Below are positions 1-10,680 of a stretch of 64,000 nucleotides of DNA, one piece after another. The notes under the pieces were generated by a model. The model did not search any database, had not been told where the DNA came from, and saw only the letters and a list, made by a program, of their open reading frames with translations. This DNA is from Octopus vulgaris (taxonomy: Eukaryota). The DNA lies in contig OX597828.1 of NCBI GenBank assembly GCA_951406725.2, positions 30,814,001 to 30,878,000 of the forward strand. Reading direction: 5' to 3'. Every line of letters starts with the position of its first letter. The first letter of the stretch is position 1. Both the position numbers and the translations under genes were made by a program.

Positions 1-373
1 AAATAAATACATGGGAGCCAGAGTATACGGTGTGTCTCGTGCTGCAAGGCAATTTCCTTTCAATTCAGACTGGTCAGAAAATACGGTCCTCATCGCTGAA
101 GACGTGGCAATGCTGAATATCTGTAATAAATATAGTCCTCGATGCTGAAATTATATGGTATTCTCTGAGCCGGGCTGGGTCTGAGGATATGTTTCTTTAT
201 TTTAGTCAAATAACAACAACAAAAGCAATTGCGAGAATTTTAGTTCGGAACCATGTAATTGAAAATTTCAGAATTTTATGATATTCAGTTCTATATTTAA
301 GAGATGAACAATTATGTACATTATTAACATTATCTACATTTCACAGATATTTCTCCTCATCTTGTTTGTTGTT

Positions 374-419
374 AACACAACATTTCGGCTGATATACCCT
401 CCAGTCTTCTTCAGGTGTC
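374..419 (-). ncRNA. Minimal type I hammerhead ribozyme motif (family A)
   Basis: Minus strand GACAC-CTGAAGA-A-GACTGG(AGGGTATA)TCAGCC-GAAA-TG-TT-GTGTT: stem I GACAC/GTGTT, conserved core, stem II with one mismatch, vestigial stem III. Confidence 0.7.
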
Positions 420-466
420 CTGGGGAAATTTCGAACCTGGGTTCTCATTCCTAAGGTATTTTTCGA

Positions 467-468
<2 letters not shown>

Positions 469-529
<61 letters not shown>

Positions 530-546
530 CATCATCATCATCATCA

Positions 547-578
<32 letters not shown>
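469..578. repeat. (TTA)n/(TCA)n microsatellite
   Basis: Read directly; similar (TTA)n tracts at ~1190-1247 and ~1833-1891. Confidence 0.95.
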
Positions 579-1189
579 GAGTGAGAGAGCAGTGCATGCC
601 ATCAAAGTGACACTGGGGTAAAATATACGAAGCCCAATATACCCATCATGACTACCCGTCTGATAAAGGTACACCAGGCACATGCACCACAACCATATGT
701 GCGCGACATGGTGATCTCATATCAAGATAAACAGCACATGACCTTGCAGGTGGGGCCCAGTTAGAATTTTCTTCAGATCGAGTAAACCATCCCGCTCAAA
801 AGGTCCCTGAATAAGGGTTGTTTAAGGACGCTGAACGAAACACCCATGTTTCCAGAGGTGAATTATTCAAACCCCAAAGAATCCTTCTCAACACATGGCT
901 ATGATGCTCCCCCACTACTTCTGCTCGTGATCAGAGATGCACATATCGTCAGCCACTAAGGGACATGCTCAACTGGTTAAGGTCAAACAACTGACAAGCA
1001 AATCTGTGGTATTGAGCAGAATATTTGCTGTAGCCCATCTTTTATACCAAGACAAAACAATGTACATGATAACACTTCCAATCAGTTAAGATCAGAAGCC
1101 ATGAGAGCCACTGCCTGGTACTGCATCAGGGCATTTACTGCATCAGGGCATTTATACTGCATTAGGGCATTTACCACATCAGGGCATTT
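579..1189 (-). mobile_element. ~600-bp non-coding retroposon copy 1, inserted in the (TAA)n tract
   Basis: Close copy of 1248-1832, bounded on both sides by (TTA)n; one end carries four tandem copies of ACTGCATCAGGGCATTT. Strand inferred from the (AAT)n tail. Confidence 0.7.
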
Positions 1190-1201
1190 TATTATTATTA
1201 A

Positions 1202-1247
<46 letters not shown>

Positions 1248-1831
1248 GAGTGAGAGAGTAGTTCATGCCATCAAAGTGACATTGGGGTAAAATATACGAA
1301 GCCCAATATACCCATCATGACTACCCGTCTGATAAGGGTACACCAGGCACATGCATCACAACCATATGTGCGCAACATGGCGATCTCATATCAAGATAAA
1401 CAGCACATGACCTTGCAGGTGGGGCCCAATTAGAATTTTCTTCAGGTTGAGTAGCCCATCCTGCTCAAACGGTCCCTGAATAAGGGTTGCTTTAGGATGT
1501 TGAAAGAACCACCCATGTTTCCAGAGGTGAATTATTCAAACCCCAAAGAATCCCTCTCAACACATGGCCATGATGCTCCCCCACTACTTCTGCTCGTGAT
1601 CAGAGATGCACATATCGTCAGCCACTAAGGGACATGCTCAACTGGTTAAGGCCAAACAACTGACAAGCAAATCTGTGGTATTGAGCAGAATATTTGCTGT
1701 AGCCCATCTTTTATACCAAGACAAAACAATGTACATGATAACACTTCCAATCAGTTAAGATCAGAAGCCATGAAAGCCACTGTCTGGTACTGCATCGGGG
1801 CAGGGCCACTGTCTGGTACTGCATCGGGGCA

Positions 1832-1832
<1 letters not shown>
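1248..1832 (-). mobile_element. ~600-bp non-coding retroposon copy 2, inserted in the (TAA)n tract
   Basis: Aligns end to end with 579-1189 with scattered substitutions; terminal GCCACTGTCTGGTACTGCATCGGGGCAG is duplicated. Confidence 0.7.
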
Positions 1833-1891
<59 letters not shown>

Positions 1892-1953
1892 GAGGTCACT
1901 GCTTGGAATCGACCTCAGAATCTTGGGGATAGTAGCGACTACGCCATATGCCC
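1892..1953 (-). promoter_or_regulatory. tRNA-derived Pol III head (A box and B box), internally deleted
   Basis: Minus strand GGGCATATGGCGTAGT...GAGGTCGATTCC; the same A-box start GGGCATATGGCGTAGTGGTT occurs at 42483-42502. Confidence 0.65.
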
Positions 1954-1972
1954 AGGTGCGAAATTTCCCCAA

Positions 1973-2017
1973 GACACCTGATGCAGTCTGGAGGGTATAT
2001 CAGCCGAAACGTGTGTT
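1973..2017 (+). ncRNA. Degenerate hammerhead motif (family A)
   Basis: GACAC-CTGATGC-A-GTCTGG..TCAGCC-GAAA-CG-T-GTGTT; A9 is mutated and one base of the cleavage site is missing. Confidence 0.5.
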
Positions 2018-3956
2018 AACAAAAAAGATGAGGACGAATATCCGTCAAATGTAAGTAATATAAATGATTATGACATTCATATCGATGCAGGTAAAATTTC
2101 GCGGATTTGTACAGGCAGAAATGCGTGGTAAAGGAGCTAGCTTTGAAGCCACAGAGTTACAAGATCACACCTTCGTAGTTACAAGGTAGACAGGTGACTT
2201 GTGAATTTGTAGACGGACGGAAACTATCTGGAAACACGTTGCAAATACATGCATATGTGTGCTTCTGTTGTGTGTGTTTGCTGTGTGTGTGTATGCATGT
2301 ATGTGCGTGCGTGTGTGCTTTTGCGTGTGCGTATGTGTTAATGTCTGCCAACAGGATCATTTGCCACCGACGATATTTTGTTTACGTCTCTAAACTAATG
2401 GTACTGCAAATAACACCCACAGATTAAATACCAGATCTAAACGATAATTATTTGCTGCGTTTCGTTTGATATTAAGGCACTACGCTAGATAAATGTTGTA
2501 GAATAGTCCACCAAGTTTGTGAGAGTGAAATAACAGTAAATTACTGTTTGAAATTTATCAAAAACTTATGAAGTACCAAAATTTATTTGGGTTCGTTCGC
2601 GATTTGAAATCAAGCCAAAGGTTTGTCGACAGGATGATGATGAGGATAATATTTAAGACGTATGCGGCAGTAGTAACAATGGTAATGGTGGCGATGTTGA
2701 TAATCCTACTCTACCGCTTTCCTTCTACCGCATACTCATCCTTATCTTTATTATTCTTGTCATCCTTTATCATATATGAGAAGATATGTGTGAACATGTT
2801 TCTTTGAAAGTAAGAGTCGTAACATTTAAAGTCAACAAAATTCCTAGTTTATTTCAAACAATATAGAAATTTATGACCTGAACAGTCGTTGCTTATTGAT
2901 GTATGATTGCAGCTAAACATTTTATGAAGAAGATAAAAATGTTATGCAACGGGCAATTCTTTGGTAATTTCTTAAAGAAATACACAATGTATCACAAAAC
3001 AGAATTCTAACTTGTCATGTAATAAGACGATGAAATATAAGCAGCAAATTCTAAATACGAAAACGATATTAATTATCTTATAGAGAGCATCTCTTTCAGG
3101 TGTTAATTACGTGTATTAAAATACGCATTGACACGGAATTGCTCAAGGATCGCATCATTAAAGAAATCCGATTTCTGTTCAATAAGGTAACGATACTAGA
3201 TAATATGGTGTACCCGCATAGCAAATAATTCTATCGAAAGCATTGAGTTAATTATGATTTTTTTTCTTCAGAAAGGTTATGAATAAATTGTATGAAACAT
3301 TAATGAAATTTGCTTCCCATTGAACTCTTAAAGATATATAATAGACAAATGCACGTTTGAAATTCCACGTTAATTAAAATTCATTGTTATCATTTTTCGT
3401 TGAAATATTTTCTTTCTAAATTTAACCATCTTGTTAAAGTGTAGAGATCATTTATTTACGTAGGTTATGCATCACTATGAATAAATGCATGCATATATAG
3501 TGAACATTTTTACAGGTAACACGCCTGTGTGTAAAAGGTATATGTGTTTGCTTACGTTTATATAATTACGTTCCTTCATCAACCTTTCCTAATTCAAGCA
3601 TTACTGATAAATTTTATCTTTGAAATTTCCTGTTAAAATGCATACAAGTCTGTGTACATTAAGATCAAAATCTTGCAGTGCTTAACACTGAAATTTCGTA
3701 TCCATTTAAATAACGTTTGAAGAATCGAACGTACGAACATACAATCGAATCTAAAATCAGAAATACAAACAAACAATCTATATGTGAAGTTGCCCATTAT
3801 GAAGGTATATCTAACGAGTAATTTGAATTGATATGCGTAATGAATCCGAGAAAAGTATAGATTTACCTTTTCGATAATAGAACGTCTTTAAACAATATTC
3901 CAAAGATAGAGAGGTGAGTATATATATACATACACACTCACACACACGCACACACA

Positions 3957-3996
<40 letters not shown>

Positions 3997-4587
3997 TGCA
4001 TGCATACATACATAAACGTACACATACACACACATACACCCACACGCACACACACACACACACATATATATATATGTGAGTGTGTTGACGTGCGTATGTA
4101 CGTACGTATGTATGTATGCATACATTCATGCACAGACATACACACACTACTATATTTGTTCCACGTCCTCGCGTTGTTGTGTTATTTTGTGCTTTCATGT
4201 TTGGATTAACTATATATATATAATTGGATGCATAAATAGGAGAGAGAGGGAGAGAGATTGTACAAAAATACATCCATCAGTAAACATCTCTAATCCAATC
4301 ATGTCCTGTTTATAATGGCTGCCGCCACTGTGTTGCCATCAGTGATTGTAATCCAGAAATTAGAGACTGTGTTTGCATGGGACTAATAAGATACGGAGTT
4401 ATCTTTTCATATATATATTAGCAAAATATGAAGCTCATGGAAGGGTTTCTGAGATAACTCATTAAATAGAGAAGCGAAGGAAGAGGGAGCGAGATGGAGA
4501 GAAATAAGGACAGACAGAAAGACAGGGATAAGAGAGAGGGAGAGAAAGCGACGAAGACAGAGAGAGAGGGAGAGGGGAGGAGGAAAG

Positions 4588-4733
4588 CTGCTCATTTCTA
4601 GAGCTGAGTGAACTGGAGCAATATGAAATAAAGTGGCGTGATCATGAACCCAGCACACAGCTCGGTCTGGGAATCGAACTTAGGATCCCATGATTAGTGG
4701 CACGATAATTTAACCACTCAGACATGCACCTTC
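4588..4733 (-). mobile_element. tRNA-derived SINE fragment (family of 41430-42776)
   Basis: Shares CTCATTTCTA.AGCTGAGTGAACTGGA..AA..TGAAATAAAG with 41608-41651; A-box and B-box-like motifs on minus. Confidence 0.65.
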
Positions 4734-5211
4734 ACAAACACACACACACACATGTGTATATATGTATATATGTGCAAATGTATTTCACTCTGATGAGAAA
4801 TAGAGACGAACACTGTTTTTTTTTTCTATATGATAGGCTTGAATAATTGTTGAGGTATTCCGTAATATAAAACCAATGGTAACCTTAATACACATATAAA
4901 GGACCTTTATCTACTAATGCGGTGTAGAGCACTCATTTACATTGCTCGATATTTGTATTAAGCACCCTGTTTAATATAAAAATAATTTCAGTGTATAATA
5001 AATTATACATACATAACTTCATTATCATGACACTACGCATTATACAACACAATTTTATATTCACAGATAAGAAAGTATATGCGAATTGCTTAATAGAGTT
5101 TTGAAGGGTAACGGTAATTTAAAGTATGATATTCTAAAGGAAAATGTTATGAAATATGTTATCAGGATGTTAATAAGCCGTTTTGAGGAAGAAGTTAATA
5201 AATATATGCAT

Positions 5212-5700
5212 GTACGAGGTCTGATGTTATAAAATCAAAACTACAGCACGTGCCAATTTGGCATTTAATCTCCTTGACATTAGTCTCCTTTAGAAATCAC
5301 ACACTTAATTCAGCGCTGTTTCCATTGATAGAATCATTCATAGAACTCGTGTTCTGTGATAAAAAGCAGCTGCCACGTGGCATTCTTCCTTTCAAGTAGG
5401 ATTTGACTATTGGAAAGAGGAAGAAATCTCAAGGAGCGAGATCTGAGAAATGTGATGACTGCCCGCCTAGATGGGGAATGCTGTGTCTAGTCGAAATCTG
5501 CTCCAAGAGTTGTACTGAATGGGGAGGTGCAACAAGGAATGCCAGGTATCTTGGTATCATGATTTCGAATCAAGTGCCAAAGGCACTTGATTCTCTTCAG
5601 CGAAGTCTACTCTTAACAAGACATATAATCTACTCCAACGAATGCATGAGTTCATTTGAGGGCCCCAACCGCATTGAGAAAACAAACTCAAGGAATTAAT
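5212..5700 (-). mobile_element. Highly decayed mariner transposon remnant
   Basis: Minus translation SHFSDLAP*DFFLFPIVK resembles the mariner YSPDLAPxDFFLFP motif; FYQWKQR near the C-terminus; TACGAGG terminus at ~5213. Inner boundary uncertain. Confidence 0.6.
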
Positions 5701-6099
5701 TTATAAGCATATAAAGAACATTATTACTCTTAAGTGATTTGGGCGCTAAATTCGAAAACATGAAACCTGGTTAACTGGCATTCCTTCTTGTGATTTTGCA
5801 GAGGAAAAGACACAATACTTATTCACTTTTTTTTCAGCCATGCCTGTAAATATTACGTGCTAATTCTTGTAGCTTAGGAGTGTTTTTGACACCTTTAGCA
5901 AAGGTGGTACTTCTGAGTATCTTTGTTATATATAATTTTCATATATATCGATTAATTTGTCTATACGGTTTTAAGCTTGTGGCCACTACTATATGTTAAG
6001 AGAAACAATGTCCTCTATATTTATATACACATAAATCCACATATACACACACAGACAAACACACACACACATTTATATTATGTATGTATGTGTGTGTGT

Positions 6100-6450
6100 A
6101 TGTAGCTGTATGGTAAACAATTTGCCCCCAAACCACATCATACCCGGTTTTATTTCCACTTCGTGGTATCTTGTTCCAATATTTCCTAAAATAATCACTG
6201 TCCGACTAAAGCCTTGTCAGTGGACCTCGCAGAAAGAAACTGAATGAAGTTCGTCATACGTGTATGTATATGTGTGTGTGTGTACCTTCGTGTCTGTGCT
6301 TGCCCCCACGGTGGTGGCGTGTTTGCCTCTCCGTAATTTTTGTTGTTTGGCTAAAGAACTGACAGAATGCATACCAGGATTTAAAACATTCAGTTAAAAT
6401 ACTTCATGACCGTGCCCCAGTAGTGCCGTAGACTACTGAATGAATCAGGT
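6100..6450 (+). mobile_element. Old SINE copy (family of 34493-34885)
   Basis: GCTGTATGGTAA head, CCGACTAAAGCCTTGT..GTGGA, GAAACTGAA.GAAG and an internal (TG)n match the 34.5-kb copy. Confidence 0.6.
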
Positions 6451-7699
6451 AAATAATATATGTGTGGTGGTTCTCATATACACATTATTGTTGCATTGTT
6501 TTGTGTGTCTTTTAATTGCATATATTCAGAAAATTTTCAATCAGTCTCTGATCATTTCTGCGTCTGTGTGTCTGTGTGTATATGTGTGTCGATGCTTGCA
6601 TGTGCATCGATGTTCTTATCTATATATTTCTGCAAGCAGTTATTTCAAAAGGTAGGGGGAAATATATTAAAAGTATCATTTTTATTAGCTGGAATTTTGA
6701 AATCTCTTTTCTATCTTTTATATTTAATCTTGAAATCTCATTAAGATTTTTAAATGCTCTGTCACGAATCTCTGGGCCTTCAAGTCACTGACGTCACTTT
6801 TCTTCTCTGCTTATAATAAAAGAAATACTCTAATAATATGTGCGCACACACACACACGCACACTCACTGACACACTCACATACGTTCATATACATATATA
6901 CATGCATACATACGCACACACACGCCCGCGCGTACACATATATTCAAATGTGAAATGAAATAATAACATCATCGAATAATTGGATTTCATAGTTCCAGCA
7001 AAAATGCTTTAGCAATATTACATATCAATATGTCTGAGTTCTAATCTGGCTGTGGTCATTTATACAGTAATCCTGGTTAATTTAGTCGATTGCCAAACTG
7101 ATTACCTACCAGCAAAGTCTTGGTTACTCTTCCTCGATTATATTCACCACTACAATTAAAGTCAATGTGGACGATGGGAAATGAAAGTGGACATATTGTG
7201 CGGTAGAAAATGTAAATTCTGCAGCAGGAAATTTAAAATCCGCAGCGTAAGTAAATCCAGTGTCACTAATTCATCCATAACTATATACTTGCAGAGACCT
7301 TGGTTTCAAACTTTGCTAACCACAGTAGATATAGCTGCTAATAATGAAAAAAGGATTATTTAAACTTACTAATGGATGATAGGGAAATCCAAAATATAAA
7401 CGTAGTTTAAAAAAAACGAAGCAAGATTATCTAACTGGCAAAATAAGGTTTTGCATGGTAATTGTCCAAAGACGTTTGCAGAAATTAGTAATAGTGCAAT
7501 ACAGTTTTCCTTGCACAAATGAAGGCTGAAAAGGGAGACAAAATACAAGAGCAGCACAAGATAAGGTATTGAAGTCTAACTGGACAAAATATATAGGTAG
7601 GAAAAATGCGGTAAAATATCTGTCTGTAGGTTTACGGGAATATGTTTTCATTGGGAAGTAATATAGTGAATTTCATTTAAGGCCTATAGATTCGAATCT

Positions 7700-8480
7700 G
7701 AATCTATAGAACTCTCCATAACATTACATCTTTGGAAATTGCTCAATGATGTAAAATATAGCTATAAAATATTTTATAAAAAATATAAATCTCTTTTACA
7801 TGGATGATTTAAAGCTCTTTGTAAAATAAGATCGACAACTTCAGGGTTTACTGGCAATCGTAAATCAGTACAGTGATGACGTCAGGATGGAATTTGGCCC
7901 AGATAAATATGCAAAAGCTACTTTTATCCAGGGGAAAACGATGGAGACAGCCAACGTTAAACTTGAACGAAAGAAAATTAGAAAGGAGTTAGAACCAGCG
8001 AGGTGCTACAAATTCCTAGGGGTATTTGAAGGTGAGGGAATCAAGCATTCAATGAAGAGGGATAGGATCAGAAAAGAATGTTATCGTTGGGAAAGTGCAA
8101 TACTCAAAACAAAGCTAAAATCAAGAAACAGGATCAAAGCGATCAACACTTTTGTCATACCGGTAGTGACTTACATTTTCAAATTTTATTAACTGTTCAA
8201 TTACTGAAATCTGTAATCTTGACAGAAATAAGAAAATTCTAACGCATTCAAAATTTGGAGTATAAAGGTAAAAACAATACCAATAATAATTGGAACATTG
8301 GGCATGATAAAGAGCCCATATGAACAAAAATGTAGAAGCTAGGCCAGTGAAATAAACTCCCATAAACAAGCCAGAAAACAAAGTATTACACATCCAAACA
8401 CAATGCAAGCAGCAATGCAACAAAAGACAGTCCCATCCCTCTAGAAAAAACAGCTAACATAATACAGTACCGGGAGGATT
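7700..8480 (+). mobile_element. Decayed R4/Dong-clade LINE fragment (RT plus C-terminal end, internally deleted)
   Basis: LFYMDDLKLF, MEFGPDK..., CYKFLG, AILKTKLKSRNRIKAINTFVIPVVTY, then PIIIGTLG. These match the R4/Dong RT pattern and the restriction-like endonuclease tail; stops and frameshifts present. Confidence 0.8.
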
Positions 8481-8899
8481 TCGCACAATCCCAACCACAC
8501 ATAAGAACACACAAGACCGCAACCTGTTCACGAAAAAATGCAGCACGGAAATTTGTCAGTGAACACCTTCCGCACAGCAATCGTTTTTGTTTCAACATAC
8601 GATTTCAGATCAAGTCACCTGCTATGTCAGAACAGCTCCATAAGATATATATATATATAGGCAAATTTTTTGTTGAAAATGCACCTCAATTTGAAAAAAC
8701 TTGTACTTGTTTAAAATATATTCATTTACATATATACCAAACTAGTTTCAACAATATCTTTTGTTTATGAATAGTAAAAATTTATAATTATGAATTAGAA
8801 AAACATGTTAAAAAATTTCGATGTTGACAAGGTTAAATGTTCATAACACTCAATAATATTACATCTCTGCACCAATTTATTTGAATGTACAATACTCAT

Positions 8900-10680
8900 T
8901 AGTGTAAGTAGTGATCGACAAGAAGTGAATATCATCAAAGTTTCAGTCATATTGAGTTAAGGTAGGGGAGGTAAAAATGCAAGAAACGAAGATAATAAAA
9001 ACGGGATCCTCGTTTCGTCGTGTGTAGGAACTTTCGCTGGTACCGGTCTGTTTTGAAATCCGGTATATTTACACCTTTTTTTTGCGAGTGGATCTGATTT
9101 TCGATCCGTTATTGTATTGATGACATTAGTCTGTTCCACACGGTTAAATACCATGACTCACTTAAAACTTAGGATTAAAACAAGGTAAAAAAACAATGGA
9201 GTGAGAAGAGAAAAAGAAGCCAGGTCATCTGACCGGTAGTATTCAATGGGGGTGTTTAGCAGTATAACAGAAATTAGCAAGGGGCGTGGTATTTGAAAAA
9301 AAGATAATGTGGAGGGGAGAAGGTGGGGAAGTATTTTTGGTCAAGGGGAGAAAAAAGGAATGCATGATGAAAGCAAGATAGAAGGGGCAAGATTCGTGCC
9401 TGCTACTTCTAGCAGTCAATTAAGGCGTGTAAATTGTGTGGGGTAAACGTGTTTACATTATGAACTTGTAAGTTTACAAAGGGGGAGATATGAGGGGGAA
9501 GCAGGTGAAATAAGAAGAAAAATCCATAAATGATTAGGAAAGATACAGAGAGAAATATGAAAATGACAATAAGGAATTTAAGGTAAGATTAAGTGAAAAA
9601 AGACATACATTCTGAGGAAAGATATAAAACGAATTATGCAAATGAGAAAAAAGAATTAACGGGTTGATATATGTAAAAGATGGTTTGTTATGACCACTGG
9701 CGTTAAGATTAGAGGAACCAGTGTTAGGTTCGCTATTATTCCTCAACGTTAAGAGTAGTATTTGTTAGGGAGTTGAGGGTAGTGTTGTGGCGTTGTGTAG
9801 TATGATAATTATCGTGGCCGGTGGTATAGTCTATGTTGTTCTTTAGATTTTCAAGAATTATAATTGGGAGTTGTGGTAAATTTAAGGGCCGGGTTTTAAC
9901 ACTGGAATTATAGTTCGAATTATTAGAGTTAGTGTTTTAAATGGGTCAGTTACTGTTTTAGGTTTATATGTATGGAGCTGGGAGTTATGTTGAGTAGAAT
10001 TATTAGGGTAAATGTTAGCTAGTTGTGTATTTGTGGGTTTCTTGTCAAGATGTCGGATATCTCAGGGGATGTTGATGGTGATGGAGTAAGACAATTTTAT
10101 AGATCATGGGTCAAATATAATCCTAAGCAGACAAGATTTGGGGAAATCTGTTTCGATTAGAGCGAGGTAGAGTCTAGGAATTCATACCTGAACATTGAGG
10201 ATGAAGGCGTGGAACCAGATAACATCCCGGGTTATTGTTCGTTTCATCCGATTAGGTGGAGTTCACTGCGTGGGTATTGGATTTTGGAGGTGCACACTGG
10301 TGTCTGTTTTGATGACTTGCAATGCATATAGGAAGTGGGGTCATATCGCAGAAGAGTGCTTTGTTAGGTCATCTGTGACTCTGAAATTTGGACGGATAGT
10401 TAGAGTGGTGGGATAAAGGGTGGGTTAAGTTCATTATATGGAGTGAGCCAGTGCTGGTTGCAGTGCTGGGTTTAATGGAGAGAGGAATATTCCACATGGG
10501 AATATATCCAATTCAATTTTTATAGCCGGTATATTGTAGGGCACAATTGTAATATTCTGCATAAAGATTGAATACATCTTTATTAGCAGATTGTGAGGAA
10601 ATCTGGTAGGAAGCGATTTCCACAATATATTTTAGGACGGGGGCAAGGGGGGATATTTCAAACAGTTGTGGTTTTCTTCA
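8900..10680 (-). mobile_element. Decayed Penelope-like element (Nematis-like), RT thumb/linker and 3' region
   Basis: Minus translations SANKDVFNLYAEYYNCALQYTGYK and TRDVIWFHAFILNVQV*IPRLYLALIETDFPKSCLLRIIFDP*SIKLSYS resemble the PLE IIWFNPP...HFP...IFN..TVKVSYS linker. Left boundary uncertain. Confidence 0.65.

Larger units (their letters stand above)
288..2067 (-). mobile_element. Composite non-autonomous insertion: tRNA-like head, (AAT)n, hammerhead-bearing Penelope terminal module, an inverted partial copy of that module, and two nested repeats
   Basis: Flanked by TTATGATATTCA (276-287) and TTATGACATTCA (2068-2079). Terminal module on minus at ~288-468, inverted partial copy on plus at 1951-2067, tRNA-like head on minus at 1892-1953. 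Confidence 0.75.

Noticed and set aside
1121-1189. Short tandem 17-bp repeats as a CRISPR-like array
   Set aside because: No spacers, eukaryotic context and no cas genes; this is terminal stutter of a retroposon.
4785-4820. CTGATGAG-AAATA-GAGAC-GAAC hammerhead-like string
   Set aside because: The 5' strand of stem II is missing, it has GAA instead of GAAA, and there is no stem I.
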